Source: Minisyncoccia bacterium
GTDB taxonomy: Bacteria; Patescibacteriota; Minisyncoccia; UBA6257; JAAZHW01
DNA length: 64,000 nt
Reading direction: 5' to 3'
Assembly (NCBI GenBank): GCA_049720475.1
Contig: JBNASH010000036.1
Span: 1,339 to 65,338 of the forward strand
A model generated the notes under the pieces. The model was not told the origin of the DNA. It ran no database searches and worked only from the letters and a program-made list of their open reading frames with translations. A program made the position numbers and the translations under genes. The first letter of the stretch is position 1, and the number at the start of each line of letters is the position of its first letter. Below, in pieces: positions 38,147 to 46,959 of this stretch.

Positions 38147-38218
38147 GCGGGTGTGGTGTAGTGGCAACACGTCTGCTTCCCAAGCAGAAGATCGGCGGTT
38201 CAAATCCGCTCACCCGCT
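38147..38218 (+). tRNA. tRNA-Trp (anticodon CCA)
   Basis: Cloverleaf: acceptor gcgggtg/cacccgc, anticodon stem ctgct/agcag with loop tcCCAag, T-loop ggttcaaatcc. Confidence 0.85.
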
Positions 38219-38240
38219 CAGAAAGTTCTTTAAAGTTTTT

Positions 38241-38312
38241 GCCGAGGTAGCTCAATGGCAGAGCAATCGCTTCGTAAGCGATGGGTTGGAGGTTCGAATC
38301 CTCTCCTCGGCT
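38241..38312 (+). tRNA. tRNA-Thr (anticodon CGU)
   Basis: Acceptor gccgagg/cctcggc, anticodon stem atcgc/gcgat with loop ttCGTaa, T-arm ggagg-ttcgaat-cctct. Confidence 0.85.
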
Positions 38313-38348
38313 CATTTACTGCGAGATTAATAATTTTTAAAAAATTCA

Positions 38349-39464
38349 ATGAAACAAATTCAGATCCAAATTGATAATTTAAAAGATAAAATTAAAAAAA
38401 TAGAAGAGAAAATTAATCTTTCAGAAAAAATCAACAAATTGAAAGAGCTGGAAGAAATAAGTCGGCGTTCTGATTTTTGGGGTTTTCCCGATCAGGCGGC
38501 TCAGACAATGAAAGAGATAGATGCGTTAAGCAATGAAATTAATTTTTGGTTAAACATTGATAAAGAAATGGAGAATTTAAAAGAACTTGTTGAGGGGACT
38601 GATGATGAAGAAATGCTTAAAGAAATTCAGAAACAACTGAATAGTTTAGAAGAAAAAGTAAAAGAGAAAGAAATGATTATTTTTTTATCAGGCCCGTATG
38701 ATAAAAATGAAGCGATAATGAATATTACTGCCGGTCAGGGAGGAAGGGATGCCGAGGATTTTTGTCGGATGCTTTTTAAAATGTATTGCCGCTATTTTGA
38801 AAAAAAGAACTGGCCTTATAAGGTTATTCATCAGCATTTTTCAGAGGAGGCTGGTGGTTCGAAAGAGGCTGGCGGCGAAATTGGTTTAAAAAATGTTTCT
38901 ATTGAAATTAACGAGCCTTACGCCTACGGTTTTTTAAAAAACGAAAGCGGGGTTCATCGTTTGGTTAGGATTTCACCTTTTGATGCTAAGAAATTAAGAC
39001 ACACCTCTTTTGTTTTGGTTGAAGTTTTGCCTCAAATAGGAGAGATAGATTTAAAAGAAATAGAACTCAATGAAGCAGATTTAAAATTTGATTTTTTCCG
39101 CTCGTCTGGACCTGGTGGGCAAAACGTCAACAAAAGAGAAACAGCGGTGAGAGTCGTTCATTTGCCAACAGGTCTTTCAGCTACTTGTCAAACTGAACGC
39201 TTTCAAGCTCAAAATAGAGAAAAAGCCCTTCATCTTTTAAAAATTAAATTATTCAATCTTTTGCAACAGCAAAAAAATAAAGAAAAAAGTATTTTAAGAA
39301 AAAAAGTGGAACCATCCTGGGGAAATCAGATCAGAAATTATGTTCTCCATCCTTATAGATTAGTTAAAGATTTGCGGACAAATGTTGAAACTAGCGAAAT
39401 TTACGAAGTTTTAGATGGAGAGCTGGATAGTTTTATTCAAGCAGAAATTTTACTTAATAAATAG
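38349..39464 (+). CDS. prfB: peptide chain release factor 2, single uninterrupted ORF (no programmed frameshift)
   Basis: SPF tripeptide (RISPFDAKK) and GGQ (SGPGGQNVNK) motifs. Confidence 0.85.
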   Translation: MKQIQIQIDNLKDKIKKIEEKINLSEKINKLKELEEISRRSDFWGFPDQAAQTMKEIDALSNEINFWLNIDKEMENLKELVEGTDDEEMLKEIQKQLNSLEEKVKEKEMIIFLSGPYDKNEAIMNITAGQGGRDAEDFCRMLFKMYCRYFEKKNWPYKVIHQHFSEEAGGSKEAGGEIGLKNVSIEINEPYAYGFLKNESGVHRLVRISPFDAKKLRHTSFVLVEVLPQIGEIDLKEIELNEADLKFDFFRSSGPGGQNVNKRETAVRVVHLPTGLSATCQTERFQAQNREKALHLLKIKLFNLLQQQKNKEKSILRKKVEPSWGNQIRNYVLHPYRLVKDLRTNVETSEIYEVLDGELDSFIQAEILLNK

Positions 39465-39504
39465 TTGTTTGCAAAAATAAATTATTGATGCTAAAATAAT
39501 TGAT

Positions 39505-40197
39505 ATGAACGAGGAGCTTGTGTATTTTCAAAACGTTTCCAAAGTCTACAATAGTCATACAACAGCATTGGATAATATTAATTTAAAGATAATGCGAGGT
39601 GAATTTGTGGCCATTGTTGGTAAGTCAGGCGCAGGCAAATCAACCCTCCTTAAATTATTAATCGGCGAAGAAAAACCAACGAAGGGAAGAATATTTTTTG
39701 AGAAAGTTGATATTACTAAATTAAAATATAAAGAACTCCCAAAAATTAGAAGACAGATCGGCATGATTTTCCAAGATTTTAAATTATTGCCTGATAAAAC
39801 TGCTTTCGAAAATGTTGCTTTTGCTTTGGAGGCGGCTGGATTTTCTCCGCAGGACATCAAAAAAACTGTTCCACAAATGTTAGAATTAGTTGGGTTAAAA
39901 GATAAGGTTTTTAATTTTCCTCATGAATTATCAGGAGGTGAAAAACAAAGAGTTGCCATTGCTCGGGCAATGATTAATAAGCCGGATTTATTAATTGCTG
40001 ATGAACCGACTGGTAATTTAGATCCGATTAATACCGCGGAAATTATAAAATTACTATTGCGAATTAATGAATTGGGAACAACTGTGATGTTGGCCACTCA
40101 TAACAAAAATGTAGTGGATATGTTAAATACTCGCGTTGTTTCATTGGATAGCGGGCGAATCATTCGCGATGAAGAAGAAGGTCAATTTATAATATAA
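39505..40197 (+). CDS. ftsE: cell-division ABC ATPase FtsE
   Basis: Walker A GKSGAGKSTLLKLL, signature LSGGEKQRVAIARA, Walker B LLIADEPTGNLD; followed by FtsX. Confidence 0.85.
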   Translation: MNEELVYFQNVSKVYNSHTTALDNINLKIMRGEFVAIVGKSGAGKSTLLKLLIGEEKPTKGRIFFEKVDITKLKYKELPKIRRQIGMIFQDFKLLPDKTAFENVAFALEAAGFSPQDIKKTVPQMLELVGLKDKVFNFPHELSGGEKQRVAIARAMINKPDLLIADEPTGNLDPINTAEIIKLLLRINELGTTVMLATHNKNVVDMLNTRVVSLDSGRIIRDEEEGQFII

Positions 40198-40201
40198 AAA
40201 T

Positions 40202-41110
40202 ATGTTTATTTTTGTTGCAAGAATTATTAAATACGGTTTTCAAAATTTTACACGCAATGGATTGCTTTCGAGTGCAACTATTGCGGTGATGACATTAACA
40301 CTTCTTCTTTGTGCCGGATTAATTATTTTTGGTAATGCCGGCAAAACAGTTCTAAATAATTTACAAAGTAAAATTGATATTAGTATTTACTTTAAAACAA
40401 ACGTCAATGAGAATCAGATTCTAGCGATTAAAAAAAATTTGGAAACATTAGATGAAGTGGCTTCAGTCGATTATATCTCTCAGGATGACGCTCTCAATGC
40501 TTTTAAAGAAAGACATAAAAACGATCCAGTTATTTTGCAATCATTGGAGGAGCTGGGATATAATCCACTTTCTGCTTCATTGAATATTAAAGCCAAGAAT
40601 CCAAGAAATTATGCTGGCATTGCTAATTATTTAGAGAAAGAAATTCCTTCGGAATTTATCGATAAAATTAATTATAGTCAAAATCAAGTTATTATTGATC
40701 GTTTAACAAAAATAATTGATACTCTAAGAAATGCTGGTATTATTTTGGCAATTGTTTTGGGTTTTGTGGCAGCTTTGGTTACATTTAATACTATCCGTTT
40801 AGCCATCTATTCTAATCGTGAATCAATTGGAATTATGCGTTTGGTTGGTGCGGCCAGTTCCTTAATTAGGGGTCCGTATATTTTTCAAGGTTTTATTATT
40901 AGTTTGGCTTCCACGCTTTTGTCAATGATTATTTTAATTCCGGTTTGTTATATTTTGGCACCATATCTTCAAAATTTTATTCCTGAGTTTAACATTATAC
41001 ATTTTTATTGGAGCAATTGGTTTAACCTTTTCGGTGTTTTATTTTTGATTGGTTTGGTTTTGGGTATTCTTTCAAGTGTCATTGCTATTCGCAAATACCT
41101 GAGAATTTAA
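40202..41110 (+). CDS. ftsX: cell-division permease FtsX
   Basis: 4-TM topology with large first periplasmic loop, about 300 aa, downstream of ftsE. Confidence 0.75.
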   Translation: MFIFVARIIKYGFQNFTRNGLLSSATIAVMTLTLLLCAGLIIFGNAGKTVLNNLQSKIDISIYFKTNVNENQILAIKKNLETLDEVASVDYISQDDALNAFKERHKNDPVILQSLEELGYNPLSASLNIKAKNPRNYAGIANYLEKEIPSEFIDKINYSQNQVIIDRLTKIIDTLRNAGIILAIVLGFVAALVTFNTIRLAIYSNRESIGIMRLVGAASSLIRGPYIFQGFIISLASTLLSMIILIPVCYILAPYLQNFIPEFNIIHFYWSNWFNLFGVLFLIGLVLGILSSVIAIRKYLRI

Positions 41111-41147
41111 TTGAATTTAGATATAAATTGATTAAAATATAAACGAC

Positions 41148-41220
41148 TTGCGGGGTCGTCTAATGGTAGGACGCCTGGCTCTGGACCAGGTAATCTTGGT
41201 TCGAATCCAAGCCCCGCAGC
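41148..41220 (+). tRNA. tRNA-Gln (anticodon CUG), exact ends uncertain by 1-2 nt
   Basis: D-stem cgtc/gacg, anticodon stem cctgg/ccagg with loop ctCTGga, T-arm cttgg-ttcgaat-ccaag, acceptor gcgggg/ccccgc. Confidence 0.6.
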
Positions 41221-41271
41221 AAAATTGTTCGCTTCAAACTCTAAATTTTTAGAAAAAATTATATTTCCTCA

Positions 41272-41303
41272 TCGGCGCTTCGCGCCGAAGCCCAGCCTGT
41301 TTT
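41272..41303 (+). terminator. GC hairpin (tcggcgc-ttc-gcgccga) followed by T-run, possible tRNA-Gln terminator
   Basis: 7-bp perfect GC stem, ttttt about 10 nt downstream. Confidence 0.3.
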
Positions 41304-41564
41304 TAACCCGTGGATTAAATTTTGGTAAGATGATAAAGAAAATTGGCGATAGGGTAATTTCTACAACCAGATTAGAAAATTTCAGTTTTCTCCCTTGCTC
41401 GAACAGAATAGAAAGGAAAAAGTTTCAGTAAAAGTAATTCTTGCCCCGTTCTCGCTTTTTTCATCTGTTTCAGGGGTCCGCCCCGCCGATTGTATTCTTT
41501 GCTTTCTCAAAAATTTTTGTTATCATTATAAGAGATTAAGAAAGTTTTGTATCTATTACTTTGA

Positions 41565-41583
41565 TTGTAGTAATATACTACAA
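41565..41583 (+). promoter_or_regulatory. perfect 19-bp palindrome TTGTAGTAATATACTACAA overlapping the XRE start codon (candidate autoregulatory operator)
   Basis: Perfect dyad symmetry; overlaps putative -10 (taatat) and ATG at 41583. Confidence 0.45.
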
Positions 41584-41795
41584 TGAAGTTTAACAATAAA
41601 TCAACAATCGCCGAAAACATAAAGAAATATCGCCAGAAAATGGGTATTTCTCAAGATAGGCTTTCAAAATTAGCCGATGTCACCTATAACACGATTATTA
41701 AAATCGAATCGGGAGCAAACAAAAACCCGACTATTGAAACATTGGCAAAAATCGCCAAAGCGTTAGGCGTTGGAGTAGATGATTTAATAAAATAA
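41583..41795 (+). CDS. XRE-family (Cro/C1-type) helix-turn-helix transcriptional regulator
   Basis: 70 aa; MGISQDRLSKLADVTYNTIIKIESG...PTIETLAKIAKALGV typical HTH_3. Confidence 0.8.
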   Translation: MKFNNKSTIAENIKKYRQKMGISQDRLSKLADVTYNTIIKIESGANKNPTIETLAKIAKALGVGVDDLIK

Positions 41796-41817
41796 TAATT
41801 TTAGTTAATAATTTTTT

Positions 41818-42306
41818 ATGAAATTACCAACAAAAATAATTTTAACAAGCGGTATCGGAATGGGGTCAACGAAATTAAATGCATTCGATAATGCTTTATT
41901 AAATGCAGGAATAGGTAACTTTAATTTATTACAGACATCAAGTATTATACCTCCAAAAGCAAAAATTATTTATCTCACAAAAAGCAAGCAGGGGAAATTA
42001 TTACCTTCAATTGGGTCGGTGGTGCCAACAGTTTATTGTTATATCTTTGGAGAAAAAGTCGGAATAAGAATTACAGCTATTTTAGGATTGGGCATTCCTA
42101 AAAACTACAAAGAGCATAACGGGGTTATATTTGAATTTGCCGGAACTAATATTACAAAAGATAAGGCTAAAAAAACTTGTGGAAGAATGATTGAAGAGGC
42201 ATTTAATTCTAGAAACTTAGAAATAGAAAAAATTCAATTTATAGAGGCAGATTGTTTAGTAAAAAAGAAATATACTTGTGTAATCGTTGCTGCGCTATTA
42301 ATATAA
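41818..42306 (+). CDS. pdaD: pyruvoyl-dependent arginine decarboxylase proenzyme homolog (PvlArgDC/PdaD family)
   Basis: [27 protein letters not shown] closely resembles the Methanocaldococcus PdaD self-cleavage region ([27 protein letters not shown]) including the Ser-Ser processing site; 162 aa. Confidence 0.75.
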   Translation: [162 protein letters not shown]

Positions 42307-42319
42307 TTTAAACCAAATT

Positions 42320-43603
42320 ATGATTCTTTTAGTTAGTAAAAAAGATTATAAAAATCTAAATCCCAAGCAAGGGAAACTAATAATAAGTTATATAAAATTT
42401 GCTGTAGAGGAGACGCTTTTTTATTCAAAATTTAAAAATAAATTAGAAAATATCAATTACAGAAATTTTTTTGAATTTCCAATTACTTATGAATACGATT
42501 TGATAAACAATCCTTTCGCTTTTGTTGGTAAAAATAGCCAATTAGTTCAACTTGCATCTTCGGGAGGAACTTATGGAAAAAGAAAATTAATTTTTAGAAC
42601 AAACGAGGATATACAAAAAAGTGTAGAAACAGCGACTGCGATGTTTCTATGTGGAAAGATTAAATCAAAAGACAGAATTGCAATTTTACAACCCTTTGAT
42701 TTATGGAATATAGGACATATAGCTTTGTTAACCTTTAGAAGAATAGGTGCTTTAAGTGTACCCATAGGGCTTTCTATGGACAATGCGAGTATTTTAAATA
42801 TTTTGGCAACAACTAAATGCAATGTTATTTATGGTACGCCCTCCAAAGTAACGACAATAGCAGAGTTAAGTAAGAAAATAGGTCTAACATTAAAGATAGA
42901 TAAGGTATTTTGTGCTGGCGAACCAATTTTACAGAGTCATCGAGAATCTATTAAGAAAATATGGAATGCTGAAATTTATGGTATTTATGGCTCTGAAGAA
43001 ACTGATGGAATAGGAGCGGAATGCGATTCTCATTGTGGTTATCATATATTTGACAAAACCTTATTGATAGAAGTTTTAAATCCCGAAACATTATTACCCG
43101 CGGAAGAGAACAAAGGTGTATTAGTAGTTACAAAATTAGGATATTCTGGCACAATTTTAGTTCGCTATTTATTAGGAGATTTAGTGGAAATAACAAAAAA
43201 TCCTTGTGAGTGTGGGCGTAAAGAAATAAGAATTTTTCCTAGGGGAAGAATAAAAGAGGTTATTTGGCTTTATGATGGTAGAAAAATTTCTTTGCAATCA
43301 ATAGAAAATGCTTTGAATATGATTTTTTGTGAAGTTCCTCAATATCAGATTCTGGTTAAGAATACACTAAAAGGAAGTATTTTAAGATTTAAAATTTTAA
43401 TCAAAAATAATAATCTTTTAAAAAAGAAAAATGATTTTAAAAAGATAATAGCGAAATCTTCTCAAGACATAGAAGAAGGAATAAATAAGCGAGAAGTTAA
43501 ATTATCCATTGAATTATTTAAAGACCCTTCTCAGTTTATTTATACGGAGAGAGGTAAAATTCCAAAAATAATTTATGAAAAACATGAAGAACATAAAAGT
43601 TGA
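42320..43603 (+). CDS. PaaK / coenzyme F390 synthetase-like adenylate-forming ligase
   Basis: About 430 aa; SSGGTYGKRK at the position of the PaaK SSGTTGKP AMP-binding motif; YGSEET core motif region. Confidence 0.5.
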   Translation: MILLVSKKDYKNLNPKQGKLIISYIKFAVEETLFYSKFKNKLENINYRNFFEFPITYEYDLINNPFAFVGKNSQLVQLASSGGTYGKRKLIFRTNEDIQKSVETATAMFLCGKIKSKDRIAILQPFDLWNIGHIALLTFRRIGALSVPIGLSMDNASILNILATTKCNVIYGTPSKVTTIAELSKKIGLTLKIDKVFCAGEPILQSHRESIKKIWNAEIYGIYGSEETDGIGAECDSHCGYHIFDKTLLIEVLNPETLLPAEENKGVLVVTKLGYSGTILVRYLLGDLVEITKNPCECGRKEIRIFPRGRIKEVIWLYDGRKISLQSIENALNMIFCEVPQYQILVKNTLKGSILRFKILIKNNNLLKKKNDFKKIIAKSSQDIEEGINKREVKLSIELFKDPSQFIYTERGKIPKIIYEKHEEHKS

Positions 43604-44912
43604 TAGGGAGTATATAGAGATATACCCTATAAATTGGCGGAATGTAAGTCAGAAAATGGTAGACAAAATATTTTCCAGCCGCTCTTTTGATTTTATTAAA
43701 GAAATCAGCATCTATGTGCATATTCCTTTTTGCCCCACTATTTGTCCCTTTTGTAAATTTAATATTTCAAAATACGAACCTTTAATTTATCAAAAATATC
43801 TCGGTGTATTAAAAAAAGAAATATCCCTATTTAAAAATCATCCAGATTTACGAAACCGAATTGTTACTGCTATCTATTTTGGGGGTGGTACCGGATCTAT
43901 GTTAACTCCCACTGACATTGATGCGATTTTAAATCTAATAAGTAAAATTTTCAAATTAAGTGATAAAACAGAAATTACCGTAGAATGCCATCCAAGCACA
44001 GTTAATGCTAATAAATTAAAAGAATATAAAAAAGCAGGTGTTAATCGTGTGAGTTTGGGGATCCAATCTTTTCAAGATCAAAATTTAAGAAATATTGGGA
44101 GAAACCATTCAGCTGAACAAAATGAGAAACTTTTAAAAGATGCTCTAAAAATAGGATTTAATTGTGTAGCGATGGATTTAATGTATAGACTTCCAAATCA
44201 AGATTTTAAAAATTTAAAATTTGATCTTAATAAAATTAAAAAACTTTCTCCAGATGGAGTTAGTGTTTATAGCTTGGAACCGGAAGCAACTCCTTTAGAG
44301 AGAAAAACTTCAGAGATGCCACCTGAAGAGATTGATAGGGAGATGTTTTATTTTATTGGAGATTTTCTTGAAAATATTGGTTATCGCCGCTTTATGCAAC
44401 CTGATTTTTCAAAACCTGGCAAAGAATGTAAATATGTACTAAATGCTTGGAAAGCGCCACAACAATTAATGATTGGTTTTGGTGCTGGTGCTCATACGCA
44501 TTATTTTGGAAATCATGTATGGGCAAATGTTTATCCTATAAAAAGTTATATTGAGGCTCTAGAGAATGGATATTTTCCAGGAGTTATGGGTATTGAGGTT
44601 CCTCTAAAAGAATTGAAAGCGAAATATATGGTTTTAGGCGTTCGACATCTTTCAGTAGAAAAAGCAAGTTTTGAAAGAATGTTCAAAGAAAAAATTAATG
44701 ATATATATAGTGCAAAAATTAAAGAATTGAAAAAATTAGGATGGATAGTCGAAGAAAATGGTTGTTATAAAATAACCAGAGAGGGATTCTATTATATTGA
44801 TAACATATCAAAGACATTTTATACCAAGGCAAATAAAGGGGAAGGTCAACCTTGGCTTAAAGGTCTTTATAATTATATTCCTAAGAAATTTTACAAACCA
44901 TCAAAATTTTGA
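43575..44912 (+). CDS. HemN/HemW-family radical SAM enzyme (coproporphyrinogen oxidase-like; class C rSAM)
   Basis: YVHIPFCPTICPFCKF (CxxxCxxC in HemN context), GGGTGS, 445 aa with HemN C-terminal domain. Confidence 0.8.
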   Translation: MKNMKNIKVDREYIEIYPINWRNVSQKMVDKIFSSRSFDFIKEISIYVHIPFCPTICPFCKFNISKYEPLIYQKYLGVLKKEISLFKNHPDLRNRIVTAIYFGGGTGSMLTPTDIDAILNLISKIFKLSDKTEITVECHPSTVNANKLKEYKKAGVNRVSLGIQSFQDQNLRNIGRNHSAEQNEKLLKDALKIGFNCVAMDLMYRLPNQDFKNLKFDLNKIKKLSPDGVSVYSLEPEATPLERKTSEMPPEEIDREMFYFIGDFLENIGYRRFMQPDFSKPGKECKYVLNAWKAPQQLMIGFGAGAHTHYFGNHVWANVYPIKSYIEALENGYFPGVMGIEVPLKELKAKYMVLGVRHLSVEKASFERMFKEKINDIYSAKIKELKKLGWIVEENGCYKITREGFYYIDNISKTFYTKANKGEGQPWLKGLYNYIPKKFYKPSKF

Positions 44913-44984
44913 CAAAATTCATAAAATTTGTTAAGATTGTTAAAGAGTGAAAAACTTTTTAACAACTTAAATGGAGGTGAAATC

Positions 44985-45512
44985 ATGGAAAAAGAACAAA
45001 AAATCACAAAAGAAAAAGAGGTAATACTTGAAACTTTTTTAAAAGGGTGGAAAGAAACAAGGCAGCTCACACTGGATTGGATAGATGCGCTTTCATTAGA
45101 GCAATTGAATCAAGAATTGCCACGGCCAGGCCTTAATTCTTTCACAAAGCATATTTACGAAATGGGAGAAATTCAGAAAATATATGCAGCTGTACTTAAA
45201 GGAGAAGAACCAAAGATGGAAAAGGTGACAACCTTGACTTTTGAATCAGAAAAAGTTGTTGCCAAAACAAAAGAAGAATTAAAACAATTTCTTGGCGAAT
45301 GTGATGAAAACTTCTATGAGGCAGTAGGAAAGGTAAAAAATTGGGAAGAAAAAGTTTCGATTTTTGGAGTGGAAGTACCAAAATTTGGTGTTGTGGAACT
45401 GTTGATAAGACACGAAACCCTGCATCATGGACAATTTATCGCCTTCGGTTACATTTTAGGTATTCAATTCCCTCAAAGCTGGATAGATGCATGGGCCCTA
45501 CCCACTAAGTAA
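44985..45512 (+). CDS. DinB/YfiT-like four-helix-bundle protein (DinB_2 superfamily), start moved to ATG 44985 with strong RBS
   Basis: C-terminal HETLHHGQ matches DinB-family H-H-R/G-Q motif; RBS GGAGGTG 6 nt upstream of ATG 44985. Confidence 0.5.
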   Translation: MEKEQKITKEKEVILETFLKGWKETRQLTLDWIDALSLEQLNQELPRPGLNSFTKHIYEMGEIQKIYAAVLKGEEPKMEKVTTLTFESEKVVAKTKEELKQFLGECDENFYEAVGKVKNWEEKVSIFGVEVPKFGVVELLIRHETLHHGQFIAFGYILGIQFPQSWIDAWALPTK

Positions 45513-45574
45513 TTCAACCCAGACCTGGCTATGTCGCTAAACTACCTTTTTTCATAAGAAGGAGGTGAGGTAAG

Positions 45575-46333
45575 ATGGATAAGAAAACGATGTATTGGAA
45601 ACTTGCATGGGATACTTTTCATTTGCAAGTTTTCGACTATAAAGGTGATGTGAACAGAATAAATAACTGGGTTAAAAAAAGAGGTTACAACGTAACGAAC
45701 ATATTGGAAATAGGATGCGGAGCTGGTCGTTATCTCAAATTCTTGAAAAAGTTAGGTTATAAATGTGCGGGAGTAGACAAAGATGCTGATATTTTAGAAT
45801 ATGCAAGGCAAATAGTTTTACAGGAAGATAAGGATATCGAATTAGCAAAAAGAGATATTCTAAAAAGGATCCCATCAGTATTTAAAGGACGATTTGACTT
45901 GGTTCTTGGCAAACATCTTTCGTTGCCATTGGTTGATTTGGAGAAGGTCTTAGATTATGCAAAGAGAGCTTTAAATCCAAAAGGACCTAAACTCTTAGTA
46001 TTTGATTTTATGGTAGCTAATAAAAGTAACCTCGACAAAGAAATTCTCAGTATTGATAGTGCTGTAAAAGACCATCTCTTTTTAGTAAGACTAAATCAAA
46101 TGGAGCTAAGAAAAGAATTAAATGAATACAGATGGGAAGAATTTTACTTCATAGAGGATGCTCGAGAAGGAATTATTTTTACTAAGATCAACACGCGACA
46201 CTTATGGTTTCTTTCTCGTGATGAATTAAACAAATTGTTAGGGGATAAAGGTATAGAAATTGAAAACGAGTTGAGAGAAGATACAGGAATTAATAACTTA
46301 GAGGGGGTGACAATCTATGGGAAATTTAAATAA
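45575..46333 (+). CDS. class I SAM-dependent methyltransferase
   Basis: Motif I ILEIGCGAGRYL, motif post-I GVDKD; strong RBS AAGGAGGTGAGG. Confidence 0.7.
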   Translation: MDKKTMYWKLAWDTFHLQVFDYKGDVNRINNWVKKRGYNVTNILEIGCGAGRYLKFLKKLGYKCAGVDKDADILEYARQIVLQEDKDIELAKRDILKRIPSVFKGRFDLVLGKHLSLPLVDLEKVLDYAKRALNPKGPKLLVFDFMVANKSNLDKEILSIDSAVKDHLFLVRLNQMELRKELNEYRWEEFYFIEDAREGIIFTKINTRHLWFLSRDELNKLLGDKGIEIENELREDTGINNLEGVTIYGKFK

Positions 46334-46919
46334 CAAAATTTCTATTCTTATTGATAAAGAGCTGAAAACACTAGGCGACAAAGAATTTGCAAGGCGTAGA
46401 GATAGATTGATTGGTGAAGGAGTGAGGTCTTATGGAGTGGAAACCCAAGAGATTAGAAAAATTGCCAAGAAATACTTCAAGCAATTTCAAGAAAGAGAAA
46501 CCATAAGAGATTGGTTAGGAACCATCAAAGACTTGCTATCAACAAAAGTATTTGAGAATCAAATGGCTGGGATATTTCTTTTAGGTGCTTTTCTTAAAAG
46601 TGGTGGAAAGGTAAGTATTCCTGAGCTTGAAAGATTGATTATAAAATATCTTGATAATTGGGCAACCTGCGATACGATAAGTAGTGAAGTCGTGGCAAAA
46701 ATTTTAAGTGGATCCCCAAAAGAAATTAAAACTTTGTATGTTTGGGCAAGATCTAGAAATATTTGGTTAAAAAGAATTGCTTTGGTAACTATAGTGAAAC
46801 TCAAAAGTGAGATTGAAAATTGGCAAGAAATTGCTTCCAGGATATTTTCCTTTTCTAAAAAAGCAAAAGAGCCAATCATTAAAAAGGCAGTTCGTTGGTT
46901 AGAAAAAGAACTTTCTTAA
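46317..46919 (+). CDS. AlkD-like HEAT-repeat DNA alkylation repair glycosylase (DNA_alkylation family)
   Basis: About 200 aa helical repeats; NWATCD (Trp-x3-Asp catalytic spacing as in AlkD), later WARSRNIWLKR with conserved Arg/Trp; RBS GAGGGGGTG. Confidence 0.5.
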   Translation: MGNLNNKISILIDKELKTLGDKEFARRRDRLIGEGVRSYGVETQEIRKIAKKYFKQFQERETIRDWLGTIKDLLSTKVFENQMAGIFLLGAFLKSGGKVSIPELERLIIKYLDNWATCDTISSEVVAKILSGSPKEIKTLYVWARSRNIWLKRIALVTIVKLKSEIENWQEIASRIFSFSKKAKEPIIKKAVRWLEKELS

Positions 46920-46922
46920 TCA

Positions 46923-46955
46923 CGGGACGGAAGAACATTCTGTCCCGTTTTTTTT
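46923..46955 (+). terminator. rho-independent terminator
   Basis: cgggacgg-aagaacatt-ctgtcccg stem followed by 8 T. Confidence 0.7.
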
Positions 46956-46959
46956 ATTT

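Noticed and set aside
38147-38218. Possible UGA recoding (as in some CPR lineages)
   Set aside because: tRNA-Trp carries anticodon CCA, an intact RF2 is encoded, and genes end cleanly at TGA stops, so the standard code (table 11) fits
37992-38330. ORFs 37992-38315 (-) and 38142-38330 (+)
   Set aside because: They overlap the two tRNA genes (Trp, Thr), and the GC-rich tRNA sequence creates spurious open frames
41225-41586. ORFs 41225-41431 and 41395-41586 in the tRNA-Gln to XRE spacer
   Set aside because: No RBS or promoter logic, overlapping frames and no motifs. The region more likely holds a terminator hairpin and the XRE promoter/operator
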